This document shows positions 24,600 to 55,989 of a DNA stretch of 64,000 nt, in pieces; the first letter of the stretch is position 1, and every line of letters starts with the position of its first letter. The notes under the pieces were generated by a model. It worked only from the letters and a program-made list of their open reading frames with translations, was not told where the DNA came from and did no database searches. Source of the DNA: Octopus vulgaris (lineage: Eukaryota); assembly GCA_951406725.2 (NCBI GenBank), contig OX597825.1:57908001-57972000 (forward strand). The letters are read 5' to 3'. Made by a program: the position numbers and the translations under genes.

Positions 24600-26150
24600 T
24601 CGTTCCGTTAATCATGGTACCCAAATCTATTTTTGCATTTTCCCGGATTTTAATTTTCATTAGCAATCCCGCAGTTATAAGTTAGTTATGACCGAAGATC
24701 GCTATTCATAATTTCTGTTGTTGAAAACATCGGAATCCGAGGAATACCGCCCGCCTTTACTGCCCTTTTTTGTGAGCGAGTGGAGGTGCCTATTCGATAA
24801 AATTATCATGGAATGATTATAATTTATCGCTATAGGTAAAACTACGAATGATTTATTATTAAAATACGAAGACAGAAGAATGTAATCGAAAACTGAATTT
24901 TTGAATTGCAAGCAATGTGTAATAGATTTCAAAAAACAAAAAAATCGTATAAGTATGTTATTTTGATGATAACTGATTCAGCTTGGCGTGACATTTCTGT
25001 TTTTTAACTCTCCTTCAATTTTTTCTATTATGTTGATGCATCATTGGAATCAACAAGTACTGAATACTGTGGCAGTTGCTGGGTAGACATACCAACAATA
25101 CGCACACTTTATATTTTATCGCGTCATCTCCCTGGTGATTATTACCAAATTGCTTCGCCCTTCATGCGAAAGATAGCCCAATACTTGAATACAAAAAAAT
25201 AAAAGAAACCCAGCGAATATCAATTTAATATTAGTAGTCGCTTCGAGCAATTTGTCGGTTAACTAGATCCTTGAACTACTACACTGTGCTATTAGATACT
25301 TTCTGAAATACACTTTCTAACAAAAAAAAAATGCACTTTCTAACAAAAAAGAATTATTGTAGAAAAGGCAGGATGTTTTTTTAATTGCTTATAATAATAG
25401 GACAGTTCGATCGGGGTGGAGTTAGGACTAAATAACTACAGATTGTTCGGATAATGCCGTGTATGTTACATACAACTACTAAAGACAAAAAAAAAGTTAA
25501 CGATCATTCGAATTAATGATTATCGAATTTAACAAGAAGGTATTTTAAGGATTTACTGTAATTTGACGGTTTTTATGTTTATATTTTAATTACTCTACAC
25601 TGAAAAAATATTAATACGAAATTCCTTTGGTCGGTATGCATTGGCCAATAATTAAGAGACCGATGCTAAACAGGAATCAGAAAACAACGTAAGCGATGCA
25701 TTAAAGTACAATTCTTTGATAGATTCCAATAAATGTTCGAGTTACTTCATTAATGACATATCTGTAACCATAAAACTTACCTTTAAAATTAGAAACACAA
25801 CTTCCCGTTATATTTGACTAACTATAGCAGCTCGGAACAGCAATAAGTTTGCGAATATAATTGAAAAAAAAAAGTCTTTCTGGACTTTGATCAAACAATT
25901 CGGATAATAAATTATAATGAAAATTAAAAAAGATCGGATAAAGAAAAGTTATTGGTATTTTTCTGTTAAAAAATATTAACATAGATTTGTTTTTAGTCAA
26001 CGGAATATATTTTAAGGGATCAGTAGCAGTCTTTATTTAAACAATTATTAAGCCCTTGCCACTAGCTGGTGCTGATCGGTGTGTGTGTGGGCGTCTATTT
26101 ATAGCATTTTTCCCGTCCTACTTTTTTAATTCTTCTCATTGGCAGACAAG
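24600..26150 (-). promoter_or_regulatory. Probable promoter and 5'-UTR exon region of the ureG-like gene (candidate donor AAAG|gtaagt at 25781/25780)
   Basis: Repeat-free, CpG-retaining segment upstream of the first coding exon, which starts at a splice acceptor and so needs an upstream UTR exon. A consensus donor site is present. Confidence 0.45.
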
Positions 26151-26177
26151 AATTGACCTCGTTTGCGATTTCATATC

Positions 26178-26575
26178 CTCTTTTACTTGTTTCAGTCATT
26201 TGACTGTGGCCATGCTGGAGCACCGCCTATAGTCGAGCGAATAGACCCCAGAACTTATTCTTTGTAAGCCTAGTACTTATTCTATCGGTTACTTTTGCCG
26301 AACCGCTAGATAACGGAGACGTAAACACGCCATCATCGGTTGTCAAGCAATGTTGGGGGGACAAACACACAAGCATATACTCACACACATACATATATAT
26401 GTATATACATGTATACGACGGGCTTCTCTCAGTTTCCGTCTACCAGATCCACTCACAAAGCTTTGGTCGGCCCGAGGCTATAGTAGAAGACACTTGCCCA
26501 AGGTACCACGCAGTGGGACTGAACCCTGAACCATGTGGTTCGTAAGCAAGCTACTTACCACGCAGCCACTCCTAT
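26178..26575 (-). mobile_element. CORE-type tRNA SINE (further copies 27920-28345 +, 29045-29730 +, 39835-40235 -)
   Basis: Reverse complement of the SINE at 18050-18470; CpGs retained. Confidence 0.85.
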
Positions 26576-26649
26576 ATATATATATTGTTCCTTTTGGCCC
26601 TTATGACCCTGCTACAAACTAAAAGTCGGAGGGGGACGGGATAAACTAC

Positions 26650-27806
26650 TTGCATCAACTTGCTATAAAAGCAGGTAGTAATTTTACCTTGCACTTGTTC
26701 TTAGTGCAAGTTTTGAAGAGTGCAGTTCGATTTTAACATTTATTTTTTCAAAGCTATAATGGAAGTGACAAAAGACCATATTTTGCTTGATGGGTTAAAT
26801 GGAGGTAACAACGCGACAGAAAGTGCGGAGAATATTAATGTAGTATATGGGGATCGGACAATAAGCGTAAGCCAGGGTCAATGGTGGTTCCAGAAATTCA
26901 GAGCTGGAAACTACAGCGTAGAAGACGAGCCTCGGCCTGGAAGATCTGTAGTGTTCAATGAGGACATTCTGTAAACCTTAGTGGAACAAAATCCCATCGT
27001 AACTGTTGAGGAGCTAGCAGAGAAGCTTGGATTTGGTCATTCAACCATTCCTCGACACTTGCATGCCATCGGAAAAGTCAGTAAATCGGTTCAATGGGTT
27101 CCTCATGTACTTTCCTAGTCTAATCACGCGCAGAGAGTGAATGTGTGCTCTTCTTTACTGTTGCATCTCATGAATGGACCTTTTTTGGACCAATCCCTGG
27201 TGATGAGAAATGGGTTCTCTATAAAAATGTGTAGCACCGAAGACAGTAGGTAGGGAAAGGAGAAACACAGGTACCCCAGGCTAAAGAAGTTCTTCACCCA
27301 CGTATGTTGTTATCTGTTTAGTGGAATATGAAAGATTTAGTCCACTTTGAACTCTTAAACCAAAACCAAACGAAAATAAAGAAGATATACAGTGAGCAGT
27401 TTAAGCGGCTTAAGTCAGCACTAGAAAGGAAACGACCGTCTTTGGTTTCAAGCCGAAAGGTGTTCTTCCATCAGGGTAATTCTCGGTCACATACAGCGAG
27501 GAAGGTATTCCAAAGGCTGGAACAGTTTGAATGGGAAGCAATGCCTCGCCCACCATATTCACCAGACATTACCTCATCTGATTATCATTTATTCCACAGT
27601 CTTCAAAATCATTTAGACGGAAAAAATATGAATTCTGTAGATGAGGTCAGAACAGTACTGAAGGAGTGAATTTTGGAAGAGAGGGCTTGCAAGTCAACCA
27701 GATAGATTGAAGATAATTGTAGAAAATAAAGGAGGGTATACTTTAGATTAATATAAAACAACCGCATTATTTAAAACAACCGCATTATTTATGGGAAGAC
27801 CTAGTA
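26650..27806 (+). mobile_element. Near-complete inactivated mariner (DD34D) transposon
   Basis: HTH ORF 26720-26974. ORF 27328-27669 contains FFHQGNSRSH...PPYSPDITSSDYHLF. 3' TIR-like end CCGCATTATTTATGGGAAGACCTAGTA. Confidence 0.88.
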
Positions 27807-29326
27807 CATGCAGTCAGATATATGTTCTTTTTCGGATATATGATCCACTGATGATCTTGATGTTGATGATGATGATGTTGACAATGCTGCTGCTGATGAT
27901 GATGACGATGATATATAATATGGCTGTATGGTAAGTAGCTTGCTTACCAACCACATGGTTCCGGGTTCAGTCCCACTGCATCGTACCTTGAGCAAGTGTC
28001 TTCTATAGCCGCGGGCCGACCAAAGCCTTGTGAGTGGATTTGGTAGATGGAAACTGAAAGAGGCCCGTCGTATATATGTGTATATATATATGTGTGTGTG
28101 TGTGTGTGTATGTATTATGTATGTATGTGTATCTGTTTGTATGTCTGTGTTTGTCCCCGCAACATCGCTTGACAACTGATGCCGGTGTGTTTACGTACCT
28201 GTAACTTAGCGGTTCGGCTAAAGAGGCCGATAGAATAAGTACTAGACTTCCAAAGAATAAGTCCTGGGGTCGATTTGCTCGACTAAAGCTGGTGCTCCAA
28301 CATGGCCACAGTCAAATTGCTGAAACAAATAAAAAAGTAAAAGAGTATATCATCATCATCAGCCACAAATCCACACATTATAGAGGCACACACACATGTA
28401 CACATCCATACACGTCAAAGTCACTAGCCTCTATCCACACACATACACTTACACATTCTCATTTACACACACACGCACGCACACCTTCGTTTTGGGATCA
28501 CCAATACTTTATTATCTCCCCTTCTTTCTACCTCCCCTGTCAAACCTTTTTTCCCCCAACCAGTTACCATGCTTGACTTAAATCCACAAGTTTTTTTTTT
28601 CTCTCTCTGTTTATTTTCTCTTATTCCTTTCTGTTGAAGAGCTTAGTCTCGAAACGTAAAAGACTTTCTCACTTTTCCAAGCGTCAAGCTAATACACCTA
28701 ATTGTTGTTCGAATACCTGTCTTCGTCTTTTGTTTTTCTGTAAATTTCAACTATATATATATAATTAAGATTCCTTTGAATAAGGTACTTAAAATTGAGG
28801 CACCTTACTATGGTGGTATAATCCGCACACCTAAAAGATATTAATTGAATACTGAATATCAGGACTCCATGCAGGGGTGTTTGTACCTGATATTCCTGCT
28901 GTTTGTGCAAACAACACAATCCTGCTAAGTGAAGATATCTGCCCTTGGTAACTCAGACATGAACTTTTCATAAAGGTACTTTCTATAGTATTTCCGGAGT
29001 GCAGATTCCAGGTTAAGTGAATAAAATATAAAGAAGTAACACAGATGGCGTAGAAGTGGCTGTGTGGTAAGTAGCTTGCTAACGAACCACATGGTTCCGG
29101 GTTCAGTCCCACTGTGTGGCACCTTGGGTAAGTGTCTTCTACTATAGCCTCGGGCCGACCAAAGCCTTGTGAGTGGATTTGGTAGACGGAAACTGAAAGA
29201 AGCCCGTCGTATATATGTATATATATATATATTTATAAAATTAATTAAGGGTAGAAATTGATATTAGTCAATTAAAACCAGTGGTCTAGCATATTAAAAA
29301 GAATCCGAAGATTAAAATATTTTTAC

Positions 29327-29493
29327 ATACAAATTAAGGACTGAACACGAAAAGTGGACTGTCAACATGCTAGATATAGACGTCAAATCGCCATTCTCCA
29401 CAAAGAGTATGTTCTCAAATAAGACTCAGCGATTTGACGTCTATACCTAGCATGTTGACTGTCCACTTTTTGTGTTCAGTCCTTAATTTGTAT
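29327..29493. repeat. Hairpin (~65-bp arms) inserted in the (TA)n of a SINE
   Basis: 29327-29391 is the reverse complement of 29429-29493. The flank 29245-29315 resembles the reverse complement of 19560-19640. Confidence 0.85.
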
Positions 29494-30960
29494 ATATATG
29501 TATGTATGTGTGTGTGTATGCTTGTGTCTCTGTTTGTTCCCCCAACATCGCTTGACAACCGATGGTAGTATGTTTACATCCCCGTAACTTAGCGGTTTGA
29601 CAAAAGAGACCGCTAGAATAAGTACTAGGCCTACAAAGAATAAATCCTGGGGTCGATTTGCTCGACTAAAGGCAGTGCTCCAGCATGGCCGCGGTCAAAT
29701 GACTGAAACAAGTAAAAGAGTAAAGAGATGTATAGGTGTCAATTCAAAATGGTCGTTTCAAGCGAGTTCCTTAATCGATTAATGAAAACATAACATTATT
29801 TGAAAGAAACCTTTCTCATCAGATGAACACATAGATTTCAAACAAAAAGGACATAACCGTATCTTTCATATATTCACATTAATAATGGAACTCAAGATAT
29901 TTATATTGTTTCTTTTGTTATATCTGTGGCAGAACGAGTTTAGAAAATAATGCATACCCTCTCCTATAACCTAGAGAGTAGCCTAAGAAATTGTGGTTAT
30001 GAGGGGGCGGGGAATGTGGTGACATAGTTACTTATATTTAAAAGATTTTATTTAGAAAGTAGTCTTCAACTATTTAGAATTAAATCTATTGGGAGTTGTC
30101 AACTTTATTCTAGTTAATAGTGATAAATCAATTGATGTCAGGCAAACTGCTAGACTCTCAAAGTACTGGAACAATATGTGTAGCTTTATCTACACAAAAT
30201 TGTTAGGTCATAGGGTTAGTAGTAAGGGAATGCCTGATGGGGTGGGAATGCTACTAGGAAGAAACGATAGATAGAGATGGCTAATATTTACTTCATTTAT
30301 CACATTAAGGAGGAATATAATGAAAAATTAAAAGAATAAGTAATACAAACATTAGAGGTGGAATTTAGAATCAAAGGATGGGGGAAGTAGTTGATTATGT
30401 CTCAGCAAACTCACACCATTAACGCGAGAAAATTTAAATCAATGTTTGGAAGAAGGAAAGAAATTAAATTTAAAACCTAATAATGGGATGCTTTAATATA
30501 TAAGAAAAATATATTAAGACGTTTCTTAAACATATTGTAAGAATGTATAACGGAATTAAATTATCATATGAATAAAAATTCACATTATATTTTAAACAGG
30601 AAAAAGAACTATTCCTTTCGTTACAGATGGATGAATATAAGATATCTTTGAAAATAGTATCTAATATATAGGGTAATTGAGATAGCGGTATGCTAAGTGC
30701 ATTCGAATACAGACAGCATTTAAACCAATTTGGGCATGAAAACACTTAGTGACTATATAGCATGATATAATAAAATAAGAATTCCCAATCCTGTAAATTA
30801 TATAAAAAAAGACCATATAAATTGTCAAAAAAGTTTTTTTATATAAATTATAAACACTAAAAAAGTATATAAAGGATATATAAACATCAAAAGTAAAATA
30901 GGAAAAAAATAAAATTTTTTCACAAAATAAAATATAATTTGTAATTACAAATATAAAATG

Positions 30961-32200
30961 CGAGGGACGTTCAATAAGTAATGCCCCTGACCCACTTGCA
31001 GTTGTTTGATCTAGCTGAAATTTTGCATGTGCTAATATTGATATCTCTATAGATTAAGTGGCAAATTACAGCTCTGAACATATAGTGGTCTTTGATTTAC
31101 AGGTGTTTGAACTGAGTCAAGTGTGAAATGGAGCCTGTTGAATGTCGAGCGGTTATCCGGTTTTTGTATTTGAAAGGACGCACACCACGGGAAACTTTTG
31201 ATGAAATGAAAGTAACTTATGGTGATGATGCCTCATCATATGACCTTGTAAAACACTGGCATTGTGAATTCAAACATGGTCGGAACTCTGTGGAAACATC
31301 CCAGATCTGGTCGCCTCCTTTCTGCCATTGATGAGGCATCTGTCCGTCAAGTTGAGGCTGCCATTTTGGAAGATCGACGCACAACTATCATTCATGACCA
31401 TTTGCATATGCAAAAGGTGTCTGCCAGATGGATTCCCAGGTTGCTCACACCTTTCCAGAAGCAAGAATGTGTCGAGTGCTTGAAGATGAATTTGGAGATG
31501 TGCCAAGAAGATGAGCCAAAACTTTTCAAAAGTCTGATTACACAGGATAAAACCTGGGTCCATCACTATGATCCAGAGACCAAAGCCCAGTCAATGCAGT
31601 GAAAGCACCGTGACTCAGCTCCTCCAAAGAAGGCAAGGGTGCAGCCCTCCGCTGGCAAGGTCATGCTCACAGTCTTCTGGGACCAGGACAGAGTAGTGAT
31701 GACAGATTTCCTGGCAAAGGGTGCCACAATTACAGGAGTCTATTATGCTTCACTTTTGAGGAAATTAAGAGAAGCTATCAAAATCAAGAGGCGGGGCAAG
31801 ATCAGCAAAGGCATCCTCCTCCTGCAGGACAACGCTCCGGTCCACAACTCGCGTGTCGCCAGATCAGAAGCACAGGCGTGCGGCTATGAGCTCCTCCCCC
31901 ATCCCCCCTACTCTCCTGACCTTGCACCCTCTGATTTTCACCTCTTCCCAGCCATGAAGTTGTTTTTGAAAGGAAAGCGTTTCCCAGATGATGCAGCCTT
32001 GATTTCTGAAGTCACGTCGTGGTTGGAGGACCAAGCTGGGGTCTTCTACAAAAACAGTCTCCAGAGCTGCATTAAACGATGGGAGAAATGTGTAACTCTG
32101 GGTGGTTCCTATGTAGAAAGAGACTAAAAACTGTGCCAAGTTTCGTTGCTCTACTGCTATGGGAAGTGGGTCAGGGGCATTACTTATTGAACGCCCCTCG
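30961..32200 (+). mobile_element. Complete mariner transposon (1240 bp) with disrupted transposase at 31128-32127
   Basis: 33-bp TIR CGAGGG(A/G)CGTTCAATAAGTAATGCCCCTGACCC; TG/TA flanks; motifs WIPRLL, TQDKTW, LLQDNAPVH, HPPYSPDLAPSDFHLF. The empty TA site is at 10107-10108. Confidence 0.95.
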
Positions 32201-33289
32201 TATATTATATTCTACAGTAAGCTTTATGAAAAGAAATTATAAACCACCAAGCCCTTTATAGGCTGTAGAAGCTATACACATGTATAAGAGAGTATATATC
32301 ATAAATACATCAACATTAATATAGAATATACAAATTTCATTTTATAATAAATGTTATAAAATATTTTTTACAGAATGATATAAAAGGTATAAAAGAGATA
32401 TAAATAAGGAAACAGAATTATAAATTCTATAAAATAAAATAAAATGAAATAATGATAATTTTATAAATTATATTGGTATATCGAAAAGAATTCCTAGACT
32501 TGTTATTATCATTAATAGAATATAAAATAAAATATATGTAGTAAATAATAGATAGTAAATAAATTTACTTTTCCAAATGGGTTTATAACATTTTTCTAAA
32601 ATACATCAAAGACATGATCTAAGTAGAATAATAGTAGATTTTAGGGGATATCCTTTACGCTTAGGGGAGGTGTAAAATTTAGTAATTTATTGCAAAATTT
32701 ATGTTATACAACGAGGGAAGTGATTCCCAATACCGAAGGGGTAAATATATAATACAATTATTGAAATTTTATAGACCAAAGGGGTTAAGGGTTATTAGAA
32801 AGCATTATTGAATAAATTTCAAGATAATTGAGAGTAGGCTATGAATGATATGATACCCTGTATAACTCCTACTACCAAAGTGCAGTATGGTATACTTATT
32901 ATTATCTGCTTCTAAAGTATTTAAATGTACGGGCAGCCCTATGAACACATAACACTCTAAGATCTAATTTATTATTAATTAGGCTTTGTGTATCTCTATA
33001 TTTAAATATTTTATATATCTCCATGCAACATAGTTCACATCCATATTGGCCATTTATGTATGGCTGAGCTCCGTGGACTATATCCCACCTTGGCTGAATT
33101 TAATATTATTATCTTTGAGTTCCCAAATTTTCGTAGATAATGACGTTCTGTTGGCCTTATGCCTAAGTCTGAAGGATAAAAATGGTTATTCAAGCGTTTT
33201 TCATATTTACAGAGCATCCGATATAAATGAAGTTATTAGTTTCAGTCACTCCTGTACATTTATATTTTATATTAACCCACATCCAAACT

Positions 33290-33900
33290 TAAAGGATATC
33301 CCCTAAAATGTGTTATTATTCTACCTAGATCAGTGTCTTTGATATATTTTAGAAAGATGTTATAAACCCATTTGCAAAAGTATTTTTATTTACTATTTAC
33401 TATTTATTATTTATTACATATGCTTTATTTCATATTGTATTGATAATAATAACAAATCTAGGAATTTTTTTCGATATACCAATATAATTAATAAAATAAT
33501 GATTATTTTATTTTATTTATTATTCTATATCCTTATTTATATTTCTTTTATACTTTTTATAGTCTGTAAAAAATATTTTATAAAATTTTTTATAAAATAA
33601 AATTTTTATACGTTATATTATTAAATTTTGATGTATTTATGATATATACCCTCTTATACATGTATAGCTTCTATAGTCTATAAAGGGCTTGACGGTTTGT
33701 AATTCCTTTTAATAAAACTTACAGTATAATATAATAATAGTATATTTTATATTTGTAATTTGACATATTTTATTTTGGGAAAAAAATTTATACATCTTTT
33801 CATATTTTACTTTTGATGTTTATATATCCTTTTTATACGTTTTTAGTGTTTATAATTTATAAAAAACTTTTTTGACAATTTATAAGGTCATTTTTTAATT
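33290..33900 (-). repeat. Inverted copy of the AT-rich Penelope-like remnant
   Basis: Reverse complement of 30805-30958 plus 32203-32660 (for example GGATATCCCCTAAAAT versus ATTTTAGGGGATATCC). Confidence 0.75.
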
Positions 33901-34370
33901 TGAACTCGAAGGCGTCATCGAAAATGATAATGCAATGATCCTATGGGATTTTATGATTCAGTGCGACTATGAGAATAGGAAACCAGACATAGTGTTAATT
34001 GAGAAAGAAAGCAAACAATTCTGGATCTTGATATAGCATAATCAGCTGACAACAAGATATGCGATAAGGAAGAAAGAAAAGCCAATAGATATGACAGGTT
34101 AGCTCAGGAGGTTAAGCGGTTGTGGTCGCTGAAAAAAGTGGTAGTAATACCAATGATTGTTGGAGCCCTGGGAACAATGAGTTAAAATCTTGAGAAGTTC
34201 ATGGAATAAATAGGGACTGCAATAAGGATGGAGCACTTGCAGAAAACAACACTGCTTGGAACCGTTGGAATACTCCGGATGGTGCTCAAAAATAAGGGGT
34301 GTTACTTTAGCTGACTGATTGTGAACATCTGACACCGTAGTACATCTTCAGAGTTAGAAGCTGTGTAAGG
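33900..34370 (+). mobile_element. R4/Dong-type LINE C-terminal restriction-like endonuclease fragment
   Basis: Reads EGVIENDNAMILWDFMIQCD..NRKPDIVLIEKE...LDIA...KANRYDRLAQEVKRLWSLKKVVVIPMIVGALG, with stops. Confidence 0.75.
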
Positions 34371-34534
34371 AGAATAAAATGACGACAACAACAACAACAA
34401 CAACAATAACAATAACAATACTACTACTACTACTACTAATAATAATAATAATCCTTTCTACTATAGGCACAAGCCCTGAAATTTTTGGCTACTGTCTACT
34501 CGATTACATTGACACTAATCCTCAACTTGTACTT

Positions 34535-35410
34535 ACAAGTTGGTACGAAAATATTCCCGGGCTAGTTATGTTTAATAAAATATAACTTATTTACCAAAAG
34601 CCTAAGATCATCTTCGCAATAGTCACCGTGTGCAGCAATACACTGGTCCCAGTGTTCCTGCCACTTTTGGAATCCGGCCTGGAAGTCGTTTTCCGTAAGC
34701 AAGTCGAGGACACTTCTGCACTTCGCTCTTGATCTCGACAACGATGTTGAAACGGCGACCTTTGAACTGCATTTTTATCTTGGGGAAGAGATGGAAGTCC
34801 GCAGATGCTAAATTTGGTGAATAGGGCGTGTGCGGAAGCGATGCGACGTTGTTTTTGGCGAGAAACTCACAAGTGAGGAGAGCAGGAGAGTTAGATGATA
34901 GGGTGCATTGCCGCCGTGAAAAATCCAGTTCTTCGAGCTCCCCAGATCTGGTCGCTTTTGCCGAATATCCGCAATCAAACGCTTCAAAACGTGACAGTAG
35001 AACTTCTGGTTGATGATCTGGCCCTGAGGGACGAATTCTCAAATCACAAAAGCAGGTATGTCAAAAAACACGATGAGCATACTGTTGAGCTGCGTGCCTC
35101 CTTTGTTCGTGGAAGAGATTTTCCATTGTGGAAACTGCTGCTTCGTGTCAGGGTCGTAGACTCAACTCTCGCCACCGGTGAGGACGTTCTAAGCTTATTG
35201 CAAAATTTCATATTGGTTCTTTGTTCCAATTTCCTGTCCATGACAAAAATCGCAGACTGCAACATACATGTGATCATAAAAACACAAATTTCACCAACTT
35301 GCGAAGTAAACAGTAATGTCACTCAGCACACTGCCTCATGAAGGTCACTGCTAGCTCCCACTGTGCACACAACCGTGTGCTGCCATCTGTTGGTGCGCCA
35401 TAGAACTAGC
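34535..35410 (-). mobile_element. Degenerate, internally deleted mariner
   Basis: Motifs LPHTPYSPNLASADFHLFPKIK and MDRKLEQRTNMKFC. Confidence 0.75.
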
Positions 35411-36599
35411 CTTATCACACTAGGCTTACCACACAAGATGAAACATGAGTCCATCACTCTGATCCTGAGATTAAAGTCCAGTCGAAGCAATGGAAGCATG
35501 ATAACTCAACCCCTCCAAAGGAGGCTCGTATCCAACCCTCAGCAGTCAAGGTGATATACAGTCTTTTGGGACCAGTGCGGAGTAGTGATGAATCTTTTGA
35601 TACCAGCGCCTATTTTATTCCCCTCAAAAGAACGAAAGGCAAAGTCGATCTCGATGGAATTTCCGTACATTTCTCTTGAATGAATATGATTATTAGTAAC
35701 CGCCTGCTTCAAAATGTTACGAAGGTACTTATTGGCGAGACAGCAAAATCATAACGCTTTTTGCAGACTGCCGATGAATCAGTTCCTCCATGAGCTGTAA
35801 AAGAAAACTTGCACAGTTCATAGGAATAAAACAATAATTGCCGACATGGTGCCAACTTGACACAAGGATAGTTATAATGGAAATTGATGAAACAATTCTA
35901 AACAATATAATAAAAAGAATTTGTCAACTCCATACTTCGATGATTTTTATTGAACACGCGAGTGCGCGCGAATTGTATAAAAGGCAAAGTCGACTTCAGC
36001 GAAATTTGAACTCAGAACGTGAAGATGAAATGCTGCTAAGCATTTCGCCCTGCGTACTAACGATTCTACCAGCTCGCCGCTCCAAAACAATGATAATTAA
36101 TAAAAACAAAAATATAATTATAAATTCCATTGAAATAACAGGAAAGATGGATAGACAAGTTAATGAATATAAATATTCGGGGAGAACAATAATAGAAGAT
36201 ATGAGATCACAGAAAGAAAGTAAAATGGCAGATTGTATTATCTATAATGTCTTTACCTAAATTTAGAGCCTGTTTGGTAGGTAAATTGAGAAAAATTATA
36301 ATAACAACAAATAAATTAAGGGTTTCCTTTTCAAGAGTAATAGTAATTTCAACGGCTCTGTATATATTTGAGTCCGTGTCGTGGTTGTGAGATGCTGAAA
36401 ACGAGAGAAAGATCATGGCCTTAGGATTAGTATGTGACAGAAAGACGTGTCACTTTGTATACACACTATATCAAACTAACGACAGTGTTAATAAAGAGTT
36501 TGTTGAGAAGACTGCAAACCACAAAACTCGTCTGTTGAATGGTCATGGGATGACTGTTTCTGGTGGCGACAAACTTGAGAATAGTGTCAAATTCAAAGT

Positions 36600-36930
36600 T
36601 ATATATATGAGGAGTGTTCATTAAAGATTTCCCCTGATCCACTTCAGGTTATTGCGGGAAACGAAAGTTGTATAGGTATAATCATACATGTACCTTCATG
36701 TTATATTGTAAATTGCAGCTTTCCATTAGTATTTTTTTTTGTCTTTTACGGCTGCTGAAGTGCACTTAGGTGTTATAATGGAGGCAGTTGAATGTAGATC
36801 GGCGATCAGGTTTTTATACTTGAAAGGGCGTACGCCAAAAGAGACTTTTGATGAGCTGAAAGAAGTTTATGGTGACGATGAACCATCATACGACGTCGTC
36901 AAGCACTGGCGTCGTCAAGCACTGGCGTCG
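36600..36930 (+). mobile_element. 5' fragment of the same mariner family as 30961-32200
   Basis: MEAVECRSAIRFLYLKGRTPKETFDE matches the ORF at 31128. Confidence 0.75.
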
Positions 36931-37165
36931 CCAGTTCAAGTGTGGTTAGACATCGGTGGAGAAATCATGTCCTTATCAAGACAAGTTTCAAAGGATAAAT
37001 AGTATAGTTACAGCTGCTATATATTATACTGACAATATAAATAATACTGAATATTCAACAAAAATGTTACAGATGTGTACTAAAAATGTCTGATAATTTA
37101 TATGGAGAAACAAAAATGTCCATCATTTTTCACCCGAAGAGGGCGGAGGAAATGTTATGTATCTT

Positions 37166-55667
<18,502 letters not shown>

Positions 55668-55989
55668 CTGTAGAATAAAATGATATATTGATGTACAAAG
55701 ATGAACTGTTGACGACGGATTGGTTGAAAACTGGCAGCGTCTCATAGGAAGGATATTACTCACCCAACCACCCTCAATTCTCTGACCTTTGTTTCTTTAT
55801 TGACATTCTTGTACCTCAAGGATACGCCCTAACACTTCATCTCTACAACTCATCCTCTTTTCCCTTTGCCTGGTATCTTGGGCAAGTGTTTTGTACTATA
55901 ACCTAGGGCCTACCAAAGCCTTGTGAGTGGATTTGGTAAACGGAAACTGAAAGAAACCCATCATATATATATATATATATATATAAAGT

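Larger units (their letters stand above)
26587..33009 (+). repeat. Segmental duplicate, copy B
   Basis: Colinear with 570-10910; see copy A. Confidence 0.9.
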
